The notes under the pieces were generated by a model. The model was not told where the DNA came from. It worked only from the letters and a program-made list of their open reading frames with translations, and did not search any database. 64,000 nt of DNA from positions 8,749 to 72,748 of the forward strand of contig CADBKG010000008.1 of assembly GCA_902795215.1 (NCBI GenBank), in the 5' to 3' direction. The stretch's first letter is position 1; the number at the start of each line of letters is the position of its first letter. Source of the stretch: an uncultured Erysipelotrichaceae bacterium. GTDB taxonomy: Bacteria > Bacillota_I > Bacilli_A > RF39 > UBA660. Shown in pieces: positions 36,447 through 45,551 of the stretch. Position numbers and translations under genes: made by a program.

Positions 36447-37202
36447 ATGATGAAAATATTAAAATATATTGGATTTGCTCTTATTGGAGTAAGTATTGGA
36501 TGCATGTGTTTATTTGTATATGATAAATCTAGTGAGTCTAAAGAAGATTTATCATATATGCCTGATTATATGGTATTAAAAGATTTAGATACAATAAATG
36601 ATTCTAGTTATACTATTAGCTTAAGTGCTAAATATGAACCTAATGTAATAAGTTCTAATAGTAATGTAACATATAATAATTATTATACTTACAATACATA
36701 TAATGAATATACTAGCGATAAAGACTTATCCCAAGGAGATAAAACCGTCATAAATTATTTAAGTGAAAAGGTAGATGGAATAAAAACAGGGGTTAACACC
36801 ACTTCTTTAAAAGATGGTGCAAAAAATGCTTTTACTAGTACTGTAGACTTTTTATTCTATGGAGGAACTATTAAAGGGTATACATTTAAAGACTTAACAA
36901 GCAAAGGAAAACTTGCGGTTATAAAGCTTGCTATAAAACTAGAAGATAAGATTGATCAGTATTTTCCTGGATTAATTGATAACTTAAGTGAAAAATATCA
37001 AAATGCTAAAGCTAAAATTATACAGCTTTATGAGGAGAAGACCAACGAATTTTGCATGCAATATCCTGATAATTGTGGATACGCTATAGAAGATTATAAT
37101 CAAATGAAAGCATCTTTTGGTAATGCATTTAGTATATTTAAGAATGCTGGGAAGAGTATTGCTTCAAAAACAAGTGAGTGGTATCAAAGAAATTTTAAAT
37201 AA
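36447..37202 (+). CDS. hypothetical N-terminally anchored protein
   Basis: RBS aaggaag; signal-anchor IGFALIGVSIGCMCLFVY; no recognised domain. Confidence 0.55.
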   Translation: MMKILKYIGFALIGVSIGCMCLFVYDKSSESKEDLSYMPDYMVLKDLDTINDSSYTISLSAKYEPNVISSNSNVTYNNYYTYNTYNEYTSDKDLSQGDKTVINYLSEKVDGIKTGVNTTSLKDGAKNAFTSTVDFLFYGGTIKGYTFKDLTSKGKLAVIKLAIKLEDKIDQYFPGLIDNLSEKYQNAKAKIIQLYEEKTNEFCMQYPDNCGYAIEDYNQMKASFGNAFSIFKNAGKSIASKTSEWYQRNFK

Positions 37203-37215
37203 ATTTTAAGAAATT

Positions 37216-37258
37216 TTAAGAAAAATGAAATCTATCTTGTATAATAATAATAGAGGGT
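37216..37258 (+). promoter_or_regulatory. promoter-like element, copy B of the duplicated ~40-nt sequence
   Basis: TTAAGAAAAATGAAATCTATCTTG, then TATAAT (37240-37245). It is preceded by tandem aaattttaag x2 (37201-37220). Confidence 0.5.
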
Positions 37259-37301
37259 GTTTTTTAATAAGGTGTATCACAACAAAAAGAAAGGAGAATA
37301 T

Positions 37302-39686
37302 ATGTTAGAGATTAAAAACATATCAAAGACTTATAAAACAGGGGATTTTGTACAAAAAGCGCTTGATAATATAAGCATAAATTTTCGTGAAAATGAATTT
37401 GCAAGTATACTTGGTCCTTCTGGTTCAGGAAAAACAACACTATTAAATATAATAGGTGGCCTTGATCATTATGATGAAGGAGATCTCATTATTAATGAAG
37501 TAAGCACTAAAAAATATAAATCTAAAAATTGGGATTCTTATAGAAATCATAGAGTAGGTTTTGTTTTTCAAAATTATAATTTGATAACACATCAAAGTAT
37601 TCTTAAAAATGTAGAAATTGCCTTAACTTTATCTGGTGTTAGTAAAAAGACAAGAAAGAAAAAAGCTGCTGAAATACTTACAAGAGTTGGTCTTAAAGAC
37701 CATATGCATAAAAGGCCAAATGAATTATCTGGTGGTCAAATGCAAAGAGTATCTATTGCAAGAGCGCTTGTTAATAATCCAGATATAATACTTGCTGATG
37801 AGCCAACAGGAGCACTTGATTCAAAAACTAGTGTTCAAATTATGGAATTGCTTAAAGAAATTGCTAAAGATAAGTTAGTTATTATGGTTACTCACAATCC
37901 TGAACTTGCAAATACTTATTCAAATAGAATAATAAATTTAAGCGATGGAAAAATAGTTGGTGATTCTAATCCATATGATGGCAAAGAGAATACTATTGAA
38001 ACAGAAGAAATAAAAAAAGTTAAAAATAAAAAAACAAGCATGAAACTTAGTACATCACTAGGATTATCTTTAAATAATTTAATGACCAAAAAAGGAAGAA
38101 CAATGCTTACTGCATTCGCAGGTTCTATTGGAATTATAGGAATTGCCCTTATTTTATCATTATCAACGGGTGTTCAAAACTATATAGATGACGCAGAAAG
38201 GACAACTTTTGCATCTTACCCAATAACAATATCAAAAGAAGATTATGATATGTCTGGTCTACTTGAAGGTGGTTTTAATACAAAAGATTCAAAATGTGAT
38301 AACGAAAAATTATGTACTTATGATGATGTTTCTACTCAGCTTAGTATGACAAGTACAACTATAGAAAACAACTTAAAGGATTTTAAAAAAGCGTTAGAAA
38401 ATAACTTTGAAAATATAAATAATGAAGTAACAAATATAGAATATAATTATGAGATACCAATTGAAATATATGATAATGATGCTAGAAAAGTTAATCCTTT
38501 TGAATATTCAACTGAGTTTTCTTATAGTAAAGTAGAAGAATTAATAAATAATAAAGATATACTTGATACTAGGTATGACATTATTAAAGGTAATATGCCT
38601 ACTTCATATGATGAAGTAGTATTAATAGTAGATGAAAATAATCAAATGTCTTCTACTATGATGTATATGCTTGGGCTTGATAGTTCTGAAAATTTAAAAA
38701 AGCATATGGAAACATTGAAAAAAGATAAAAACGCTAAACTAGAATCAAAGAATTATACATATGATGATATATTAAATAAGGAATTTAAAGTTATTCCTAG
38801 TAGTAAATACTATCAAAAAGAAAATGGTATATATATAAATAAATCTTATGATAAAGAATATATTAAATCACTATTTAATGATGCTATAACTATTAAAATA
38901 GTTGGAATAATTAAACCATCAAAGGATTCGAATGCTTATAGTGATAAAATAGGGTATACACACGATTTAACTACAAGACTGCTAGAAGTTAATAATAATA
39001 GTGAAGTAGTGCTTGCACAGGAACAAAATAAAGATATAAATGTGTTAACCAATCAAGAGTTTGATAATGTATTAACGACATATAAACAAAATATTAAAGA
39101 TTTTGGTGCAAGTGATATTGAAGAGCCAACAAGTATTTCTATTTATCCAAAAAGCTATGAAAGCAAAGATAAGATAACAAAAATTATCGATAAATATAAT
39201 GAAAAAGCAACTAAAGAGAATAAAATTGAATATACCGACTTTGTAAGTATTATTACTAGTAATATTAATTCAATAATAAATGTTATTACTTATGTCTTAA
39301 TTGCTTTTGTTGCAATAAGCTTAGTAGTATCTAGTATAATGATTGCAATAATTACTTATATAAGTGTACTTGAAAGAACTAAAGAAATTGGTATATTGCG
39401 CGCAGTTGGTGCAAGTAAAAAAGATATAAGGAGATTATTTACAGCAGAAACAATAATCGAAGGTTTCCTTGCTGGGGCACTTGGAGTTTTAGTTACTAAT
39501 TTACTATGTATTCCAATTAATAAGGTTATAGCAACACTTACAAAAGTAGATGTAAAAGCACAGCTTGATATTAAATATGCTATAATATTAATAACAATAA
39601 GTGTTATTTTAACGGTAATCGCAGGACTTATTCCATCTAGAGTAGCAAGTAAAAAAGATCCTGTTGAATCACTTAGAAGTGAATAG
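37302..39686 (+). CDS. fused ABC transporter ATP-binding/permease protein (MacB/FtsX type)
   Basis: The start is ATG 37302 after AAGGAG. Motifs are Walker A GPSGSGKTT, signature LSGGQMQRVSIARAL and Walker B ILADEPTGALD. A large extracytoplasmic domain follows, then a C-terminal FtsX-type permease (ERTKEIGILRAVGASKKDI). Confidence 0.9.
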   Translation: MLEIKNISKTYKTGDFVQKALDNISINFRENEFASILGPSGSGKTTLLNIIGGLDHYDEGDLIINEVSTKKYKSKNWDSYRNHRVGFVFQNYNLITHQSILKNVEIALTLSGVSKKTRKKKAAEILTRVGLKDHMHKRPNELSGGQMQRVSIARALVNNPDIILADEPTGALDSKTSVQIMELLKEIAKDKLVIMVTHNPELANTYSNRIINLSDGKIVGDSNPYDGKENTIETEEIKKVKNKKTSMKLSTSLGLSLNNLMTKKGRTMLTAFAGSIGIIGIALILSLSTGVQNYIDDAERTTFASYPITISKEDYDMSGLLEGGFNTKDSKCDNEKLCTYDDVSTQLSMTSTTIENNLKDFKKALENNFENINNEVTNIEYNYEIPIEIYDNDARKVNPFEYSTEFSYSKVEELINNKDILDTRYDIIKGNMPTSYDEVVLIVDENNQMSSTMMYMLGLDSSENLKKHMETLKKDKNAKLESKNYTYDDILNKEFKVIPSSKYYQKENGIYINKSYDKEYIKSLFNDAITIKIVGIIKPSKDSNAYSDKIGYTHDLTTRLLEVNNNSEVVLAQEQNKDINVLTNQEFDNVLTTYKQNIKDFGASDIEEPTSISIYPKSYESKDKITKIIDKYNEKATKENKIEYTDFVSIITSNINSIINVITYVLIAFVAISLVVSSIMIAIITYISVLERTKEIGILRAVGASKKDIRRLFTAETIIEGFLAGALGVLVTNLLCIPINKVIATLTKVDVKAQLDIKYAIILITISVILTVIAGLIPSRVASKKDPVESLRSE

Positions 39687-39732
39687 TAGTAGAAATACTG
39701 CTATTTTTTTGATAAAATTAATTTGATGTAAA

Positions 39733-40209
39733 ATGGAAGAAGAAAACGCTAAGAAAATAAAAATATCTAAAAAAACTAAAATATTAATTATAAGTATATT
39801 AATAATAATTGGTCTTATAACATTTTTTGTAGTTCATGAATTTTCGTTTGAAACAAATATGTTTATAAATTGGAATGTGGTCGTGCCAAGAAATAATAAA
39901 CAAGAATTTAAAACAGATTATACAAGCGAAAAAGAAATAATCAATTATACAGTTATAAGTTATGATGATTTAACTAAGATAGACTCTAAAATTACATGGT
40001 CAACTAAACAAATATTTACACATAACTATGATAATTATAATGAGGTTATGAATGATGTTTATAATAAAATAACAGTAGATGATAAATATAAAATAGAATA
40101 TGATAAATGTTTATATAATTATAAAAAGAAGGATAATAGTGAATTATTTATGTATTTAAATAGAGAAAAAAAGATGGTTTATTTTATTGAAATATTAGAG
40201 CTTGACTAG
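39733..40209 (+). CDS. hypothetical N-terminally anchored protein
   Basis: 158-aa ORF with a single TM (ILIISILIIIGLITFFVV). Confidence 0.5.
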   Translation: MEEENAKKIKISKKTKILIISILIIIGLITFFVVHEFSFETNMFINWNVVVPRNNKQEFKTDYTSEKEIINYTVISYDDLTKIDSKITWSTKQIFTHNYDNYNEVMNDVYNKITVDDKYKIEYDKCLYNYKKKDNSELFMYLNREKKMVYFIEILELD

Positions 40210-40252
40210 TAGGTAACAAATGTATATAATATCTACTTGCATGGAGGTTAAT

Positions 40253-40570
40253 ATGAATTGTTGCATGGTAGAAATTGCGTTTGATGATATGGAAATTGTA
40301 AAAAAAGTATTAAGTGAGCTTCTTAATAAAAAGCTAATTGCTGGAGGCCAAGTCGTTAATTCTTATTCAAAGTGGAATTGGCATGGTGAGATGGAAATGA
40401 GCGAGGAATATTTATTATTTATAAAAACCAAAAAAGATTTATTAGATGAAATTAAAAACGTTGTAGAAAAATATCACAACTATGAATGTTTTGAATTTGC
40501 AGTCTTTGATTTAAGCAGCCCAAATAAAGATTATTTAGATTGGATAGAAAGTGAAACAAAAACCAGATAA
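40253..40570 (+). CDS. cutA: CutA1 divalent-cation tolerance family protein
   Basis: The start is ATG 40253 after GGAGG. KLIAGGQVVNSYSKWNWHGEMEMSEEYLLFIKT...YHNYECFEF follows the CutA pattern. Confidence 0.7.
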   Translation: MNCCMVEIAFDDMEIVKKVLSELLNKKLIAGGQVVNSYSKWNWHGEMEMSEEYLLFIKTKKDLLDEIKNVVEKYHNYECFEFAVFDLSSPNKDYLDWIESETKTR

Positions 40571-40632
40571 AATTTGTTTCACTTTTTTTAATCTTATGCT
40601 ATAATTTAAGTTGATGATAGGAGTTGGCTTTT

Positions 40633-41955
40633 ATGAGAAAAAGATTTTTTGCATTAGCAGTAATTTTATCTATATTTAGTTTTATTAGTGTTTATGCAGA
40701 TTGTGGAGAACTTAAAAATGTTGGGGTTAGTCCTGGAAAAATAACTAGTATAGAAGGAAGATATTACTATGTAACTGTTCCTAATGGAACTAAAAGTATA
40801 AATATAAGTGCAGACCTTATAAATAAAGGCGAATCATTTGTAAATGGTAAAGGCCCTGGAAAATATACAGTTCCAGCGAATATTGAAATAAGTATTGAAT
40901 GTTCAGATAAAGGACATAGATATTATTATTTTAAAGTAACTGAAGCAGCCAAACCAAAGGAAAATACAAAAACTAATGAAACTACCAAGCCAGCGGAATC
41001 AAAAGCTGAAGAAAGTAAACAAGAGTCAAAAGAAGAATCAAAAGAGAGCACACCACCGCCAACACCTTACCTTAAGGGGCTTGAAATAAAAGGGTATACT
41101 ATTGATTTTAAAAAAGATGTTACTAAATATGAAATAATAGAAGAAAAAAATGTAAAAAAACTTGAAATAACAGCGACTAGTGAAAACGAAGCTGATAAAG
41201 TAACTGTTTCAAGTAATGCTGAAAACATTAAAACAGGTACTAATAATATAACAGTTACAGTTACAAATGCAGAAGGCGGTAAAAACGTTTATACTATTAA
41301 ATTTGTAAAATCTTATAAAGAATCAAGTGATGCAACTTTAAAAAGTTTAAGAGTTAAAGGTTACGATATCGATTTTGATAAAGATACCTACAGTTATACA
41401 TTAAATTATAAGGGAGACTCAAAACTTGATATTACAACTGCAGCAAGTGATAGTAAATCAAAAGTAGAAGTAACTGGTAATGAAAATTTAAAAAATGGTA
41501 GTGTAGTTAATATAGAAGTAACTGCAGAAGATGGAACAAAAAAATCTTATAGATTAGTTCTTCAAAAAACATTTGATTTCAAAAGATATGCTGGTTATAT
41601 AATAGCAGGGGCAGTAATATTATTCTTATTATTCCTAATTATATTGTTTAGACCTAAAAAGAAAAAGAAGGCAAAAGCTACTGCAGAAGATACTTCTAAA
41701 AAGGAAACTGAAACAGTTACAAAAGGTAAAAACAAGAAGAATAAAAAAATAGAAGCACAGCCAAAACAGGACGTAGAATTCGAAATTAAAAATGAACAAA
41801 CAGAAACAACTCAAAAACCAAAGAAAGAATATGATGAAGTAAAACCTAATGAAAATGAGGTAAATATAGATGAACACTTACAAATAGTTAATCCTACAGA
41901 TGTAGATGAAAGTGCAAATGAAGATTCATCTAAAACAGAAGTATTTAAGTTTTAA
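40633..41955 (+). CDS. surface protein with two cadherin-like beta-sandwich domains and C-terminal TM plus Lys-rich tail
   Basis: Signal peptide MRKRFFALAVILSIFSFISVYA. There are two copies of the (L)KGLEIKGYTIDFKKDVTKYEI / LKSLRVKGYDIDFDKDTYSYTL motif. TM helix YIIAGAVILFLLFLIILF is followed by KKKKKAK. Confidence 0.7.
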   Translation: MRKRFFALAVILSIFSFISVYADCGELKNVGVSPGKITSIEGRYYYVTVPNGTKSINISADLINKGESFVNGKGPGKYTVPANIEISIECSDKGHRYYYFKVTEAAKPKENTKTNETTKPAESKAEESKQESKEESKESTPPPTPYLKGLEIKGYTIDFKKDVTKYEIIEEKNVKKLEITATSENEADKVTVSSNAENIKTGTNNITVTVTNAEGGKNVYTIKFVKSYKESSDATLKSLRVKGYDIDFDKDTYSYTLNYKGDSKLDITTAASDSKSKVEVTGNENLKNGSVVNIEVTAEDGTKKSYRLVLQKTFDFKRYAGYIIAGAVILFLLFLIILFRPKKKKKAKATAEDTSKKETETVTKGKNKKNKKIEAQPKQDVEFEIKNEQTETTQKPKKEYDEVKPNENEVNIDEHLQIVNPTDVDESANEDSSKTEVFKF

Positions 41956-41981
41956 AAAAAGGACTATTTTTAGTCCTTTTT
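41954..41981. terminator. bidirectional intrinsic terminator between convergent genes
   Basis: A7-GGACTA-tttt-TAGTCC-T5. It contains the stop codon of the minus-strand gene. Confidence 0.8.
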
Positions 41982-42323
41982 GATTGCTTTAAAAGCAGAA
42001 GAATTATACGCTCTAAGAAGAGGGCCAGCGCCTAGTTTAACTCCTCCAAAATATCTAACCACTGCAATTAAATGATGATCTAAGTTTTCACTAAGTAATG
42101 CATTATACAATGGAGTTCCTGCAGTACCATTTGGTTCTTTATCATCAGTTTTTTTAGCAAAGCCTTTATATATATAGGCGTAAGGTATATGTCTTGCTTT
42201 TTTATTTTCTTTCCATAAATTATCAATTATAATTTCTGCTTCTTCTTTAGAATCTAATTCGTAAAAGTGTGCAATAAATTTAGATTTTTTAACTTCAAGT
42301 GTATATGTGTTTATAAGTTTCAT
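41970..42323 (-). CDS. YigZ/IMPACT (UPF0029) family protein, N-terminal domain only
   Basis: KKSKFIAHFYEL, EPNGTAGTPL and VVRYFGGVKLGAGPLLRAY match the family. It is 117 aa versus about 200 aa for full-length YigZ. Confidence 0.8.
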   Translation of the reverse strand: MKLINTYTLEVKKSKFIAHFYELDSKEEAEIIIDNLWKENKKARHIPYAYIYKGFAKKTDDKEPNGTAGTPLYNALLSENLDHHLIAVVRYFGGVKLGAGPLLRAYNSSAFKAIKKD

Positions 42324-42387
42324 AAAATCACCAATCTAATTATACAATATTTTTTAAGTTTGTGGTAGAATATGAATGTGATGCGAT

Positions 42388-44151
42388 ATGTTTAAAAATG
42401 AACTTGCCTTAGTGCCTCATATGCCTGGCAGCTATCAAATGTATAATAAAGATAATATAATTATCTATGTAGGAAAAGCGAAAGATTTAAAAAATAGACT
42501 TTCGTCTTATTTTCATGGAAAACATACTGGAAAAACAAAAAAGATGGTCAGTGAAATAGCATACTTTAAATATATTGTAACAAATACTGAAAAAGAAGCA
42601 TTTATTTTAGAGATAAACTTAATTAAAAAATATGATCCAAAATATAATATACTTTTAAAAGATGACAAAAGTTATCCATATATAGAATACATTAAAAGTC
42701 CTTATCCAAAACTTAAAATAGTTAGATATTTAAATATTAAAAAGAAAGCAGGAAGAAAATTATTTGGACCTTATCCAAATCAATATGCCGCAAGAAAAAT
42801 AGTTAATTTATTAAATAGATTATATCCACTTAAAAAGTGCGAAGGAAATCCAAAAGAATTATGTTTATATTATCATATAAACGAATGCCTTGGTTATTGC
42901 GTGAAAAAAATACCACAAGAACAAATTGATACAATGGAAAAAGATATCTTATCATTTTTAAATGGTAATTATGACATTATAAAAAATAAAGCCTTAGAAA
43001 AGATTCAAATGCATAGTGATGCATTAAACTATGAATCAGCGCTAGATTTAAAAAGAGAACTTGATTATGTAGAATCAGTTCTTGCTAAACAAAAAGTGGA
43101 ACTTACAGATTTAGAAGATAGGGATGTAATAAACTTTGCAGAAGAGAATGGTTATATAAGTATAAATATATTCTTTATAAGACATGGTAAATTACTTGGT
43201 AATAAAAACAAAATATTTCCTATTATGGAAAACTATTTAGAAGAGATTGAAAACTATATTGCGTTATTCTATCAAAAAAATGAGACTCCAAAAGAAATTA
43301 TTGTTAATGAAAATTTAGATAAAGATGTCTTATCAGAGGCATTAAATACAAATGTAGTACATGCAATAAGAGGAGAGAAGAAGAGACTTTTAGAGCTTGT
43401 TAAAACAAATGCTTCAATCTCACTTAAAAATGAATTTGAACTTATTAAAAGAGATGAAAAAAGAACTGTAGACGCTAATGAAGCTTTAAGAAAATTACTC
43501 GGATTAAAAGTACTATATAGAATAGATGTATTTGATAACTCAAACCTTTTTGGAGAATATACAGTATCAGGTATGGTTGTGTTTAAAGATGGCAAACCAT
43601 CTAAAAGTGATTATCGTAAGTTTAAAATATCTATTGATAAAAATGATGACTATAATAGTATGAAAGAAGTATTATATAGAAGATATTATAGAATGCTTAT
43701 GGAAAAAACAGAAAGACCAGATTTAATACTACTCGATGGTGGCGAAAATCAAATAAGGGCAGCAAGAGAAATAATAGAGTCATTAAATTTAAACATTAAA
43801 ATAGCAGGTCTTGTTAAAAATAATAAACATGAAACAAATGAACTAATGGATAGTGATATGAATGTAATAAGTATAGATAAGACTTCTGATTTATTCCATT
43901 TCTTAACGAGAATGCAAGATGAAGTACATAGATTTACAATTACTTATCATAGAGATATAAGAAGCAAAGGAAGTATATCAAGTGTACTTGAAAACATAGA
44001 AGGTCTTGGTGAAAAAAGAAGAAAAGCACTTATTAAAAAATATGGAAGTGTTAAAAAAATAAAAGAAGCAAGTGTAGAAGATTTAAGCACACTTATTCCT
44101 GAAAAAGTTGCATTAAACCTTCATGATTATTTAAATTCAATGGAAAAGTAA
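42388..44151 (+). CDS. uvrC: excinuclease ABC subunit C
   Basis: GIY-YIG module (PGSYQMYNKDNIIIYVGKAKDLKNRLSSYF...YIVTNTEKEAFILEINLIKKYDPKYN), an endonuclease V-like domain, and a C-terminal HhH (IEGLGEKRRKALIKKYGSV). Confidence 0.95.
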   Translation: MFKNELALVPHMPGSYQMYNKDNIIIYVGKAKDLKNRLSSYFHGKHTGKTKKMVSEIAYFKYIVTNTEKEAFILEINLIKKYDPKYNILLKDDKSYPYIEYIKSPYPKLKIVRYLNIKKKAGRKLFGPYPNQYAARKIVNLLNRLYPLKKCEGNPKELCLYYHINECLGYCVKKIPQEQIDTMEKDILSFLNGNYDIIKNKALEKIQMHSDALNYESALDLKRELDYVESVLAKQKVELTDLEDRDVINFAEENGYISINIFFIRHGKLLGNKNKIFPIMENYLEEIENYIALFYQKNETPKEIIVNENLDKDVLSEALNTNVVHAIRGEKKRLLELVKTNASISLKNEFELIKRDEKRTVDANEALRKLLGLKVLYRIDVFDNSNLFGEYTVSGMVVFKDGKPSKSDYRKFKISIDKNDDYNSMKEVLYRRYYRMLMEKTERPDLILLDGGENQIRAAREIIESLNLNIKIAGLVKNNKHETNELMDSDMNVISIDKTSDLFHFLTRMQDEVHRFTITYHRDIRSKGSISSVLENIEGLGEKRRKALIKKYGSVKKIKEASVEDLSTLIPEKVALNLHDYLNSMEK

Positions 44152-44176
44152 GCATACTCTTATGCTTCTTTTTTTG
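44151..44176 (+). terminator. intrinsic terminator after uvrC
   Basis: AAGCATA-ctct-TATGCTT plus a T-run. Confidence 0.75.
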
Positions 44177-44248
44177 TAAATAAGATTTAAAAATAATTGC
44201 TTTAAAAAAAAACATAAGTTATACTTTTAATAGAGAGTAGGAAAGTAT

Positions 44249-45469
44249 ATGAAAAGAAATATTTTAATGATAAGTTTGTTTATATTTATTTTTCCTTTAA
44301 TGGTTAATGCTGAAACAATTGAATATAACATTTGTAAAAATGGATGTGAATATAGTGATTTTATATCAGTGGGAAGAAATATATATGAGACATCTAATTT
44401 AAGTGATAAAGATATCGTAATTAAAATAACCGACAGTGAAACTTATGAATGGCCTGAATATGAAGTTGACTTTGGACAAAGCAATAATAGAATAAAATCT
44501 ATATCTATTGATGGAGGTAATTGCAATATTTCTTATTATAATAATCCTACTATTTCTTTTTTTGCAGATGAAGTTAATATTAAAAATGTAAGATTTTCAG
44601 ATGTTGTAAACTTTTTGATGCATGATAGTAAGAGAGTTAAGATAACTAGTTCTCAAATAAGAGGAATAGCTTTTGAATATTTGAATGATGATGGAACATT
44701 TAATGATGAAGAGATTAATATATCTGATGTTTTTGAAATAGATAATAGTTCTTATAATCATTTAAAAATGCTTGGTTTTGCGGGAAAAATAAAAATACAA
44801 GATATGGATTTTACGGATCAAGTAGTTATGCCTATGGGAGGAACAATAAATATATATAATAGCAATGTCAAAAAAGTTCTTAATTTTCCTGCATATGCAA
44901 AGGTAGATACTAATATATATAATACAAAAATAGATGGTTTAAAATATACACGTGTTGTTTCTGAAGATGATGAAGCTTACTTAGACTTCATGAACTTTTT
45001 TGATACTTATGATCCATCAGTTTTAAAATATGATATATATGAAGCTAATGGAGATGCATTTAGATTATCTTCTTCTTACGTGTCAAATACTATGGTATAT
45101 TACGATAGTGATGTAAGCTCAAAACCATCTAATGAATTAAATCTAACAGATTATTTAGATTATTATACAGACGATAAAGAAATAAATAGTTTTGTAGAGA
45201 CTAGTAGTGTAGCAAGTATTAAAGGCACAAAACTAAAAGCGTTGAAACCTGGAAATACAAAAGTACAAGTTACAACTGATGATGGTCACATTGTCTATAA
45301 TATAAATTTAACCGTAGAAAAAGAAACAATTCCTGAAAAAATTGATAAGATGACAATAAAAGTGCCTATTACTGGAAGCAAACTAAAGCTTTGGGTACTA
45401 ATTGTTGGAGGAATACTTCTTGGTATTGTTGGTACATGCTTATGTATGCTTATAAAGAGGAAAAAATAA
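44249..45469 (+). CDS. secreted protein with Big_2-like Ig domain and C-terminal TM anchor
   Basis: Signal peptide ILMISLFIFIFPLMVNA. A Big_2-like segment is present (ASIKGTKLKALKPGNTKVQVTTDDGHIVYNINLTV). The C-terminal TM is LWVLIVGGILLGIVGTCLCMLI followed by KRKK. Confidence 0.6.
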   Translation: MKRNILMISLFIFIFPLMVNAETIEYNICKNGCEYSDFISVGRNIYETSNLSDKDIVIKITDSETYEWPEYEVDFGQSNNRIKSISIDGGNCNISYYNNPTISFFADEVNIKNVRFSDVVNFLMHDSKRVKITSSQIRGIAFEYLNDDGTFNDEEINISDVFEIDNSSYNHLKMLGFAGKIKIQDMDFTDQVVMPMGGTINIYNSNVKKVLNFPAYAKVDTNIYNTKIDGLKYTRVVSEDDEAYLDFMNFFDTYDPSVLKYDIYEANGDAFRLSSSYVSNTMVYYDSDVSSKPSNELNLTDYLDYYTDDKEINSFVETSSVASIKGTKLKALKPGNTKVQVTTDDGHIVYNINLTVEKETIPEKIDKMTIKVPITGSKLKLWVLIVGGILLGIVGTCLCMLIKRKK

Positions 45470-45478
45470 TCCTCTTTT
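45454..45478 (+). terminator. intrinsic terminator
   Basis: AGAGGA-aaaaataa-TCCTCT plus a T-run, overlapping the stop at 45467-45469. Confidence 0.65.
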
Positions 45479-45551
45479 TTATTTAATTTTTTCTTTACAA
45501 AGTCTTTATATTTTGTTATTATGTTAATAGAATAAAAAGGTGTGATTACAT